Source of the DNA: Candidatus Omnitrophota bacterium
Lineage (GTDB): Bacteria; Omnitrophota; Gorgyraeia; Duberdicusellales; 4484-171
DNA: 39,479 nt
Direction of reading: 5' to 3'
Assembly (NCBI GenBank): GCA_023228195.1
Contig: JALOBR010000002.1
Location: forward strand, 1 to 39,479
Below the pieces are notes generated by a model that made no database searches, was not told the origin of the DNA, and saw only the letters and a list, made by a program, of their open reading frames with translations. Both the position numbers and the translations under genes were made by a program. This document shows positions 31,695 to 39,479 of the stretch, piece by piece. The first letter of the stretch is position 1. Each line of letters starts with the position of its first letter.

Positions 31695-32474
31695 GTGAGA
31701 ATATTATTTCTTGGCGATATAGTAGGCAAGCCGGCCAGAATCTATTTAAAAGAGCTCTTGCCGTCTTTAAGAAAAAGCCTAAGCCTTGATTTTATAGTTG
31801 CAAACGGAGAAAACGCTGCCGGCGGCTCAAGCATTACTTCTGATACGGCATCGGATATTTTTAACAGCTCAGTTGATGTGGTTACTATGGGCGACCACAC
31901 ATTTAAAAAGCAGGAAGCTAAACAAGTGCTTGAATCAATGGATGTCATAAGGCCGCTTAACTATGGCGAGCTTGCCGCAGGCAAAGGTTATATTATAAAG
32001 GAAGCCGACGGTAAGAAAATAGGAGTTGTTAATCTCTTAGGACGAGTGTTTATGCCGCCGATGGATTGTCCTTTCAGGGCGGTCAGAAATATAATAGAAG
32101 ATTTAAGAAGCAAAGTTAAGGTAATTATCGTTGATATGCATGCCGAGGCAACCAGCGAAAAACTTGCAATGGGGTATTTTCTTTCGGGGAAAGTAACTGC
32201 GGTTTTGGGCACTCATACGCACATACCAACCGCTGACGAAAGGATAATCGATGGCTTTACTGCCTACATTACTGACGCTGGGATGACAGGAAGTTTTGAT
32301 TCAATTCTGGGCAGGGAAAAGCATCATATCATTGAGCGGTTTGTTACAAATATGCCGGTTCGTTTTAATTTAGCGCAAGGCGATGTGCGCATGCAGGGTG
32401 TAATAATTGAGGCAGATGATAAAACAGGAAAAGCCTTTTCAATAAAAAGAGTAGAATATAGGCAGGATGCCTAA
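31695..32474 (+). CDS. ymdB: YmdB-family metallophosphoesterase (TIGR00282; 2',3'-cyclic-nucleotide phosphodiesterase)
   Basis: GTG start with AGGAGG 9 nt upstream. ILFLGDIVGKP, ANGENAAGG, GDHTF, DMHAEATSEK and GTHTHIPTADE. Confidence 0.88.
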   Translation: MRILFLGDIVGKPARIYLKELLPSLRKSLSLDFIVANGENAAGGSSITSDTASDIFNSSVDVVTMGDHTFKKQEAKQVLESMDVIRPLNYGELAAGKGYIIKEADGKKIGVVNLLGRVFMPPMDCPFRAVRNIIEDLRSKVKVIIVDMHAEATSEKLAMGYFLSGKVTAVLGTHTHIPTADERIIDGFTAYITDAGMTGSFDSILGREKHHIIERFVTNMPVRFNLAQGDVRMQGVIIEADDKTGKAFSIKRVEYRQDA

Positions 32475-32494
32475 TTGGGCAAAGCGAGGTTAAA

Positions 32495-32854
32495 ATGGAT
32501 TATCAAGGCATGGAAAAGCGCAGATTCGTAAGAGCAAAATTTCCTTGTAGTATTTCCATTCATACTTTACATGAACACATAATCACCACTTACACCGAAA
32601 ATATTTCCGCGGGCGGAGTGCGTGTAATAATTGAAGAAAAACTAGAGATGTCTTCTACAGTTGGTTTGGAAGTCCAAATCAATAAAAATATTATTGTATG
32701 CAAAGGAAGAATAGTCTGGGTTGTTGACCGGGAAAGCCCATATAAAAAAGGCCTGCGTTATCATGATACAGGCATAGAATTTTATGAAATAAACGAAAAC
32801 GACAGGCGCGTAATAAATGACGCCATAGAGGAAATCCTTAAATGCGAGAAATGA
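32495..32854 (+). CDS. PilZ-domain protein (c-di-GMP receptor type)
   Basis: RRFVR (RxxxR) followed by ENISAGGVRV (D/NxSxxG). 119 aa. Confidence 0.8.
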   Translation: MDYQGMEKRRFVRAKFPCSISIHTLHEHIITTYTENISAGGVRVIIEEKLEMSSTVGLEVQINKNIIVCKGRIVWVVDRESPYKKGLRYHDTGIEFYEINENDRRVINDAIEEILKCEK

Positions 32855-34725
32855 TTCTAGATAAGATAAATTCCCCCAAAGACATTAAAGCCCTCGACAT
32901 CGGTAAACTAAGCGCCTTAAGTCAGGAAATAAGAGAGTTAATCGTAAAAGTAGTTTCCAAAAAAGGTGGACACCTCGCTTCGTCTCTAGGCGCGGTTGAA
33001 TTAACTGTTGCGCTTCACTATCTTCTCGATGCCCCGCGGGATACAATTATTTTTGACGTCGGGCACCAAATTTACGCGCATAAGATATTAACCGGCAGGC
33101 GTGAATCGTTTGTTAGTTTACGAGAGCATAAGGGCATAAGCGGATTTCCAAACTCAACCGAAAGCCCGTACGATACTTACATATCAGGGCACGCTTCAAC
33201 AGCTGTTTCCTGGGCTCAGGGTATATCCGAGGCAAAAAAAATAAAGAAAAACAATTCAAAAACTGTCGCGATAGTCGGCGATGGGTCGCTCACCGGAGGA
33301 ATGTGTTTCGAGGCGCTCAATGCCTGCGGGCATGCCCAGAGCGATTGCCTGGTTGTCTTAAATCATAACGAGATGAGTATTTCCCCCTCAGTAGGCGCGC
33401 TTAGCAACTATCTCGTAAAAATTACCTCAATGCCTGTTTATAACCGCATAAAGAACGAATTGGAATCTTTTCTCGACCATTTTGCTATTACAAAAAAACT
33501 AACCATTAAGGCAAAGAGGTTCGAAGAGGCTCTCAAGGGTTTGATTGTTCCAGGTATATTTTTCGAAGAACTTGGGTTTCGCTATTTCGGGCCTATTGAT
33601 GGGCACGATTTCAATAAACTTATCCCGACGCTTAAAAACATTATAACTTTAAAAGGGCCAAAAGTACTTCATATTATTACTAAGAAAGGGAAAGGCTATA
33701 AGTTTTCAGAAAATAACCCGGAAGATTTTCATAGCGCATCGAAATTCGATGTAGCTACCGGTTTAGCCGTAGGTAAAACCAAAGACGGCTTTGGAGAAGT
33801 TTTTTCAAAGAAACTGATTGAGCTTGCCAGGAAAGATAAAAGAATTGTAGCCATAACCGCAGCTATGCCCAAGGGTACGGGGTTGCATTTATTTAAGGAG
33901 CAATTCCCGGACAGGCTTTATGATGTAGGCATTGCGGAATCCCACGCAGTAGGTTTAGCAAGCGGCCTAGCCAAGGGCGGGATTAAACCGGTAGTCGCGC
34001 TATATTCCACATTTCTTCAAAGGTCATTCGACCAGATAATCCACGATGTGGCATTACAGAATTTAAACGTAGTTTTTGCTATAGACCGCGCAGGCGCAGT
34101 GGGTGAAGATGGCCCAACGCATCATGGTGTTTTTGACATCGGTTATTTGAGAATGATTCCCAATATGGTTTGCATTGCTCCTAAAGACAGCCGCGAGCTT
34201 GAGGACAGTTTGGAATTTGCATTTAGCCTTAGTTCGCCCTGCAGTATACGTTACCCAAAAGGCGAAGCTTATTCTTTGGGGTTTGATGAAAAAATTTCAT
34301 TAGGGAAATCACAGATTATATGCGAAGGAAAAGACGTATGCCTAATTGCGCTCGGCTCCATGGTTAAGAACGCTCTCAATTGCGCATCCTTGCTTAAAGA
34401 CGAGGGGATCGGCACTTTTTTGGTAAATGCCAGGTTCATAAAACCTCTCGATGAAAATTTGCTTAATTATATAGGAAATAATTTCAAAGTGATAGTTACG
34501 CTTGAGGAAGGTAATTTAGCTTGTGGGTTCGGCAGCGCTATCGCAGAATTTTTCGGTAATGTTGGTATCTCTGAGAAAGTTAAATTAATCCGCGCTGGCT
34601 TTCCAGATGAATTTATCACTTTCGCTAAAAGAGAGAAGCTTTTTGAAATATACGGCTTAGACGGCTACTCTTTGGCAAGCCGTATAAGAAAAGTTTTGGT
34701 AAATGAGATTCTTCTTCAAAAATGA
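32851..34725 (+). CDS. dxs: 1-deoxy-D-xylulose-5-phosphate synthase
   Basis: MILDKINSPKDIKAL..LSQEIR N-terminus, GGHLASSLG, TPP motif GDGSLTGGM...LNHN, and transketolase-like pyrimidine and C-terminal domains. ATG 32851 makes an ATGA overlap with the PilZ stop. An alternative ATG exists at 32842. Confidence 0.9.
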   Translation: MILDKINSPKDIKALDIGKLSALSQEIRELIVKVVSKKGGHLASSLGAVELTVALHYLLDAPRDTIIFDVGHQIYAHKILTGRRESFVSLREHKGISGFPNSTESPYDTYISGHASTAVSWAQGISEAKKIKKNNSKTVAIVGDGSLTGGMCFEALNACGHAQSDCLVVLNHNEMSISPSVGALSNYLVKITSMPVYNRIKNELESFLDHFAITKKLTIKAKRFEEALKGLIVPGIFFEELGFRYFGPIDGHDFNKLIPTLKNIITLKGPKVLHIITKKGKGYKFSENNPEDFHSASKFDVATGLAVGKTKDGFGEVFSKKLIELARKDKRIVAITAAMPKGTGLHLFKEQFPDRLYDVGIAESHAVGLASGLAKGGIKPVVALYSTFLQRSFDQIIHDVALQNLNVVFAIDRAGAVGEDGPTHHGVFDIGYLRMIPNMVCIAPKDSRELEDSLEFAFSLSSPCSIRYPKGEAYSLGFDEKISLGKSQIICEGKDVCLIALGSMVKNALNCASLLKDEGIGTFLVNARFIKPLDENLLNYIGNNFKVIVTLEEGNLACGFGSAIAEFFGNVGISEKVKLIRAGFPDEFITFAKREKLFEIYGLDGYSLASRIRKVLVNEILLQK

Positions 34726-34937
34726 ATTCTCCAATCATTATTTCAATAGACAAAGAAAAATGTAAAGGCTGTCAACTTTGCATTTTATTTTGCCCTTCAA
34801 AAAATCTTGTTTTGTCGGATGATCTGAATAAAAAGGGAATAAAATACGCTAAAGTTAAAAATGCATCTTCTTGCACCGGCTGCGGTTTCTGTTTTCTGGT
34901 CTGCCCGGATTGCTGTATAGAGATAATAGAGAAATAG
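34722..34937 (+). CDS. 2x[4Fe-4S] ferredoxin-like delta subunit of 2-oxoacid:ferredoxin oxidoreductase
   Basis: ATGA overlap with the dxs stop. Two cluster motifs: CKGCQLCILFCP and CTGCGFCFLVCP. Confidence 0.82.
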   Translation: MNSPIIISIDKEKCKGCQLCILFCPSKNLVLSDDLNKKGIKYAKVKNASSCTGCGFCFLVCPDCCIEIIEK

Positions 34938-35008
34938 CTATCAGCTTTCAGTCATCAGTCTTCAGCGGCTGATAACTGATATCTGACAGCCGAAAGCAAA
35001 TTTGATAA
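34938..35008 (+). repeat. TCAG/CTGA intercistronic hairpin cassette, copy 2 (ferredoxin-alpha subunit spacer)
   Basis: GAAATAGCTATCAGCTTTCAG...GCTGATAACTGATATCTGACAGCCGAAAGC. It has the same conserved ends as copy 1: GAAATAGCnnTCAG ... CTGACnGCnnGAAAGC, then an AT-rich stretch and the ATG. Confidence 0.55.
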
Positions 35009-36070
35009 ATGAAAACAAAAAAAGAAAAACTATTAATGTCGGGAAACGAAGCCATGGCAGAAGCTGCTATAAGGGCGGGTTGTCATTTTTACGCAGGGTA
35101 TCCTATCACTCCGCAAAATGAAATTCCCACTCATATGGCGAAAAGGATGAAGGAAGAGTCAAGAGTTTTTATCCAGGCAGAAAGCGAGCTATCCGCCATA
35201 AATATGGTTTTTGGCGCAGCCGCAACAGGCTCGCGCGCGCTTACTTCTTCTTCCAGCCCGGGCATATCGCTTAAGCAGGAAGGTATATCTTATATTGCGG
35301 GGGCGCAGCTTCCCGCAGTCATAATAAATGTTATGCGCGGCGGTCCTGGCTTAGGAAACATCGGATCCAGCCAAAGCGACTATTTTCAATCAACGCGCGG
35401 CGGCGGGCACGGTGATTATTTTACTCCGGTGCTTGCTCCATGGAGCGCTGAAGAAGGAGCGTCTCTTGTTATGCTCGCGTTCGATTTAGCAGATTATTAT
35501 AGAACGCCGGTTTTAATTTTAGCAGATGCGATAATCGGACAGATGATGGAGGGGGTAGATTTTCCTTCAAAAAGCGAATTTAAGAAAAAACTTCCTCCCA
35601 AAAAGTGGGCGCTTACAGGGGCAAAGGGCCGGCCGGCGAATATAGCAAAATCTTTTTTTCTTAAGGAAGGAGCGCTCGAGATTCACAATGAAAAGCTTAG
35701 AGAAAAATGGGGAAAAATAAAACAGAATGAGCAAAGAAGTTCCACATATAAAGCAGAAGACGCAAAATATCTTATTATAGCTTATGGCTCGCAGGCGCGT
35801 ATTGCCTGCGAGGCAGTTGACCGGCTTCGCGGAGAGAATTTAAAAGCCGGGCTGTTTCGTCCGATAAGCCTTTGGCCGTATCCGGCTGCCGGATTGCAAA
35901 AAATCGCTAAAAATATAAAAAAAATATTCGTAGTTGAACAATCTCTCGGCCAAATGCTTGATGATGTAAAACTCGCATTGCCCGGTAAAGAGATTAAATT
36001 TTTAGGCAGAACCGGAGGAGGGATACCTTCATCTTCGGAAATCGTAAAATTTGTAAAGAAAGCATTATGA
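35009..36070 (+). CDS. 2-oxoacid:ferredoxin oxidoreductase alpha subunit
   Basis: MSGNEAMAEAAIRAGCHFYAGYPITPQNEI is typical of Por/Kor/Oor alpha N-termini. 353 aa. Confidence 0.85.
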   Translation: MKTKKEKLLMSGNEAMAEAAIRAGCHFYAGYPITPQNEIPTHMAKRMKEESRVFIQAESELSAINMVFGAAATGSRALTSSSSPGISLKQEGISYIAGAQLPAVIINVMRGGPGLGNIGSSQSDYFQSTRGGGHGDYFTPVLAPWSAEEGASLVMLAFDLADYYRTPVLILADAIIGQMMEGVDFPSKSEFKKKLPPKKWALTGAKGRPANIAKSFFLKEGALEIHNEKLREKWGKIKQNEQRSSTYKAEDAKYLIIAYGSQARIACEAVDRLRGENLKAGLFRPISLWPYPAAGLQKIAKNIKKIFVVEQSLGQMLDDVKLALPGKEIKFLGRTGGGIPSSSEIVKFVKKAL

Positions 36071-36804
36071 ACAGAAAATTTGTAAAGCCGCCGTCATTAA
36101 GAGATGCCGTAACCCATTATTGCTCCGGTTGTGGCCATGGAATTTTACATAGATTAGTTGCCGAAACAATAGATGAGCTTGAACTTCGCGAAAAGACAAT
36201 TGGAGTTGCTCCTGTCGGTTGTGCTGTTATCGCATATGATTATTGGGATTTTGATGTTTGCGAGGCCGCGCACGGAAGGGCTCTTGCGGTTGCGACAGGA
36301 ATAAAAAGGTGCCGGCCAGAGTCGGTTGTTTTTACGTATCAGGGCGACGGAGATCTGGTTTCCATAGGAATGGCCGAAACTTTTCATACGGCAAACAGAG
36401 GAGAAAACCTTACCTGTATTTTTGTAAATAATGCCTGCTATGGTATGACCGGCGGCCAGATGGCGCCAACAACGCTTATCGGACAAATGACAGCGACTAC
36501 ACCTCAGGGAAGAAGCCCTAAAGCCGGAGAAGGCTGGCCTATAAAATTTAGTGAAATTTTAGCAAGCCTCGAAGGGGTTAATTTTGCAGCGCGCGCTGCG
36601 GTTTCCAGTCCAAAAGAAATAATAAAAGCGCGCTCGTACATAAAAAAAGCTTTCTCAAATCAATTAGAAAACAAAGGTTTTTCGATAGTTGAAGTTTTAA
36701 GTCCTTGTCCTACAGTTTGGCAGAAAAAGCCGTATGAAGCAATGAAATGGATAGATGAAGAAATGGTAAAAACATTTCCTTTGGGGGTTATAAAGGATAA
36801 ATAA
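36067..36804 (+). CDS. 2-oxoacid:ferredoxin oxidoreductase beta subunit (TPP-binding)
   Basis: ATGA overlap with the alpha subunit. YCSGCGHG and GDGD...NN TPP motifs. Confidence 0.85.
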   Translation: MNRKFVKPPSLRDAVTHYCSGCGHGILHRLVAETIDELELREKTIGVAPVGCAVIAYDYWDFDVCEAAHGRALAVATGIKRCRPESVVFTYQGDGDLVSIGMAETFHTANRGENLTCIFVNNACYGMTGGQMAPTTLIGQMTATTPQGRSPKAGEGWPIKFSEILASLEGVNFAARAAVSSPKEIIKARSYIKKAFSNQLENKGFSIVEVLSPCPTVWQKKPYEAMKWIDEEMVKTFPLGVIKDK

Positions 36805-36947
36805 AATTACAAATTCCAAATAAATTCCAATGACAAAAATTTCAATGTCCAAAATGGTATCTATTTGAGTCATTTGATAAGGCCTATCCTTTAGGATAAT
36901 TGGAGTTTGGGGTTTATTTGTAATTTGGTGTTTGGTGCTTGGAGCTT
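36805..36947. repeat. CCAA-rich / TTGG-rich long imperfect palindromic element, copy 3 (between the oxidoreductase beta and gamma genes)
   Basis: AATTACAAATTCCAAATAAATTCCAATG... faces ...ATTGGAGTTTGGGGTTTATTTGTAATTTGGTGTTTGGTGCTTGGAGCTT. The central hairpin is TATCCT-TT-AGGATA. Confidence 0.6.
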
Positions 36948-36951
36948 AGCA

Positions 36952-37494
36952 ATGAAAATAGATATACTGCTTTCAGGTTTCGGCGGGCAAGGCTTAATGA
37001 GCCTTGGTAAAGTGATTGCTACCGCAGCAATTTTAGAAAATAAATTCGCAACGTATATGCCTTCTTATGGCCCGGAAGTAAGAGGAGGCACCGCATATTG
37101 TTACGTAAAAATTTCAGATGCACCCGTTGCGTCTCCGCTTGTCGAAATCCCCGATGCCGCGATAATATTAAACCAGCAATCTTTGGATAAATTCAAAAAT
37201 CAATTGGACAAAAACTGCATATTAATATTAAATTCAGACCTCATACAAAACAAGCCGAATTTATCAGCTAAAAAGATAAGTTATCTTCCGTTAAGCAGTG
37301 CTGCCATTAAATGCGGAGACATAAAATGTGCAAATGTAGTTGCTTTGGGCGCGCTTATCCGTCTAAAACCGGATATTCTTAAGCAGGGAACGATTATCGG
37401 GATTTTAAAGAAAATCTTTAGCGCCAACAACTCTATGTTAAACATTAATATCAAAGCATTGTCTAAGGGCCACGAAGCAGCCAAGAATCCTTAA
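36952..37494 (+). CDS. 2-oxoacid:ferredoxin oxidoreductase gamma subunit
   Basis: MKIDILLSGFGGQGL start, GPEVRGG. GGAG 7 nt upstream of ATG 36952. The tracked start at 36907 lies inside a hairpin element. Confidence 0.82.
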   Translation: MKIDILLSGFGGQGLMSLGKVIATAAILENKFATYMPSYGPEVRGGTAYCYVKISDAPVASPLVEIPDAAIILNQQSLDKFKNQLDKNCILILNSDLIQNKPNLSAKKISYLPLSSAAIKCGDIKCANVVALGALIRLKPDILKQGTIIGILKKIFSANNSMLNINIKALSKGHEAAKNP

Positions 37495-37523
37495 GCTTAT
37501 ACAAGTTTCAAAATTATCCAAAA

Positions 37524-39470
37524 ATGCAGATGAACAATAAAGTGATTGAATTTTTAAAATTCCCGGTTTTTTTCATCTTTTTCGCATTCCTGGTTTTGTG
37601 CGTTTCATACAATTTAAACGATGCTGATTATTTTTTTCATACCAAGTCAGGGGAATATATCGTAACCCACAAAAACATTCCCAAAGAAGACATATTTTCT
37701 TTCTCAAAAGCCAAAAGTCCCTGGACCAATCATGAATGGTTTTACCAGATTGTAATTTACTCACTCTACAAAAATTGGGGAATTGACGGATTCTTCTTTT
37801 TGCGAACCGCAGTTTTTTGCCTGGCCTTCCTGATGCTTTCTATTTTTGCGTTAAAAACCGAGTGGATGTTTAGTTTTCCGCTTATTTTTTATGGGCTCTA
37901 TGTATCATTCGGAAGGTTTACTCTAAGGCCGGATAACTTCAGCTTTCTATTTTTTATTTTATTCTTGTTGCCCTTTGTTTTTAAGAAAAAGTGGCTGCTT
38001 TTCCTTCTTCCATTAATCCAGGTTTTTTGGGTAAATATCCACGGATTTTTCTTTTTAGGGCCGGTTGTTTTGTTTCTTTACCTTTTACTAGGCAAGATAA
38101 AAAACAAAGAAACTGATATAGCTTTTTATAACACAGTTAAAATAATTTTTGTATTAACTCTTCTTGCCTGTTTTTTGACTCCCCAGCCAATTTCTACGAT
38201 TAAATACCCTTTAAAAATTTTAAACGATATTGCATCCGGGAACCAGAAAATATTCTATAAGTATATTCAAGAACTGCAGAGTCCTTTTTCCCGTTTTGCG
38301 GCTAACCGGTTTTTCTTTAGCCTAATGCTATTTGCCTTTGTGTGCCTTGGATTTTTTAAGAAGTTAAATTTGTTTTATATCGGCCTTGCAATAACATTGG
38401 CTATATTTTCTTTGAATTCGCTGCGTAATATGTATTTTTTTGTTCCAGTTGCGATAGTTATATTCGTCGACAGATATCCGTATATAAAAGATTTCTTGAT
38501 GAAAAATATTTTGAAGGAGACAGGTTTTAAGCTGCTAAAAATATTTTTTATTATTTTAGCTATCTCTTTTTCTGTGAGTATGCTTAAGCAGCTAAAAAAT
38601 ATATATCGCCATGGTTCAGCGCTAATCACTCAAAATCAGCAAATAAACATAGAATCCGCTTTTTTAAATATAGACCCTTATGAAAATCCGAAAGATATGC
38701 TTGATTTTATAGAAAAACATAAGCTGCCAGAGCGGATGTTTAACACGTTTAATATAGGTGCCCATTTAATATTTAATTTTTTCCCGCAAAGAAAGGTTTT
38801 TATTGACGGTCGGGCGGATTTCTACGGGCCAGATTTTTTTAATATGTATACGCAAGTGATTAAGGGCAATGAATCTGCGCTAAGATATGCGATAAAAGAA
38901 TATGATTTAGAAGGGTTTATTATGTGTTATTTTGCGGATGCGCCATCTTCAAGCATAAAGTATATCAACGGTAAAGGTTTTAAGTGCGTATACTTCGGCT
39001 GGGATGGAATAATTTTTGTTAAAGATGATTTCATAGAAAGAAACCCTTCATTAAAGTCTTTCGTAGTTGATTTTGGTTCCTTAAACATCGAGAAATTAGA
39101 TTTTATTAAAAATATCAAACTAAAAATGCCTTATGTAAAAAGCTATCTGGATAAGGCAAAAGTTTTATACTTTTTGGGCTATTACGAAAAAAGCAAAGAA
39201 TATTTAAATGAAATAATAAAGATTTATCCAAACAATGACGAGGCATATCTGCTTCTTGCGAAAGTTTATTACAGGCAGGGCGATTACGAAAAAGCTTTTA
39301 TGTATTGCCGCGACAGTTTATTTTTTAATCCTTCCTTAGAAGCCGCGCATGTACTTTTAGCGAAAATATATATAAAAACCGCAAACTTAGAAGACGCACG
39401 CAGGGAAGCAGAAAAATATAAAGTAGATTTTGATAAATTCTTGGAGGAAACAAAAAATGAAAAGTTCTGA
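37524..39470 (+). CDS. Polytopic membrane protein with C-terminal TPR repeats (possibly a GT-C-type glycosyltransferase/polymerase-like protein)
   Basis: At least 10 hydrophobic helices in the N-terminal about 370 aa. The C-terminus has TPR-like repeats (YYEKSKEYLNEIIKIYPNNDEAYLLLAKVYYRQGDYEKA...). The function is a guess. Confidence 0.8.
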   Translation: MQMNNKVIEFLKFPVFFIFFAFLVLCVSYNLNDADYFFHTKSGEYIVTHKNIPKEDIFSFSKAKSPWTNHEWFYQIVIYSLYKNWGIDGFFFLRTAVFCLAFLMLSIFALKTEWMFSFPLIFYGLYVSFGRFTLRPDNFSFLFFILFLLPFVFKKKWLLFLLPLIQVFWVNIHGFFFLGPVVLFLYLLLGKIKNKETDIAFYNTVKIIFVLTLLACFLTPQPISTIKYPLKILNDIASGNQKIFYKYIQELQSPFSRFAANRFFFSLMLFAFVCLGFFKKLNLFYIGLAITLAIFSLNSLRNMYFFVPVAIVIFVDRYPYIKDFLMKNILKETGFKLLKIFFIILAISFSVSMLKQLKNIYRHGSALITQNQQINIESAFLNIDPYENPKDMLDFIEKHKLPERMFNTFNIGAHLIFNFFPQRKVFIDGRADFYGPDFFNMYTQVIKGNESALRYAIKEYDLEGFIMCYFADAPSSSIKYINGKGFKCVYFGWDGIIFVKDDFIERNPSLKSFVVDFGSLNIEKLDFIKNIKLKMPYVKSYLDKAKVLYFLGYYEKSKEYLNEIIKIYPNNDEAYLLLAKVYYRQGDYEKAFMYCRDSLFFNPSLEAAHVLLAKIYIKTANLEDARREAEKYKVDFDKFLEETKNEKF

Positions 39471-39479
39471 TCAGGCAAT
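39457..39479 (+). CDS. Possible start of the next gene (truncated by the window end)
   Basis: ATG 39457, preceded by GGAGG at 39443-39447, overlaps the end of the upstream gene in another frame. Only 7 codons are visible. Confidence 0.3.

Noticed and set aside
3680-36947. Interpreting the repeated intergenic elements as bona fide MITEs or IS remnants.
   Set aside because: No transposase, no clear terminal inverted repeats distinct from the hairpin itself and no target-site duplications could be identified by eye. Mobility cannot be claimed from this window alone.

Overview
This is a 39.5-kb bacterial window. It is AT-rich (about 38-40% GC by eye) and densely coding. All confident genes but two are on the + strand, with strong AGGAGG ribosome-binding sites and many ATGA stop/start overlaps. 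I found no rRNA, tRNA, CRISPR array, transposase or integrase.

Housekeeping genes flank both sides. On the left are a trkA fragment, trkH, pheS-pheT and dus. On the right are a PAS histidine kinase with two receiver proteins, 5-formyl-THF cyclo-ligase, rny-ymdB, PilZ-dxs, a 4-subunit 2-oxoacid:ferredoxin oxidoreductase in D-A-B-G order, and a TPR membrane protein.

These flanks bracket a roughly 19-kb accessory block (8.4-27.1 kb) that I read as a type II polyketide synthase cluster.
- Core: an ATGA-coupled KSalpha/CLF pair and an ACP.
- Cyclases and reductase: an SRPBCC aromatase/cyclase, a PF04199-type cyclase and an SDR ketoreductase.
- Accessory genes: an acyl-CoA ligase, an MFS exporter, a B12-radical SAM enzyme, an amidohydrolase_2, a class IV aminotransferase and a PanE-2xTIGR04076 fusion.
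- Interleaved genes: a nucleoside phosphorylase, an MtnA-like isomerase, a class II aldolase-SCP2 fusion and an aldehyde dehydrogenase. Together these resemble a 5'-deoxyadenosine/MTA DHAP-shunt salvage route.

The CLF carries Lys where canonical CLFs have Gln.

The second striking property is the intergenic space, which holds several families of repeated structured elements.
- A conserved leader ends in an identical RBS box, with 5 clear copies and 1 divergent copy.
- CCAA/TTGG long hairpins occur at 3 sites, some inside operons.
- A TCAG/CTGA intercistronic cassette occurs at 2 sites.
- ATCTGTG direct-repeat arrays with 10-14-10 spacing occur at 2 sites.
- A 3x tandem 44-nt stem-loop array carries a compensatory substitution.
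- A structured promoter-proximal region lies upstream of the 5-FCL gene, which is the classic 6S RNA neighbourhood.

All functional calls come from motif recognition by eye. No database search was run.
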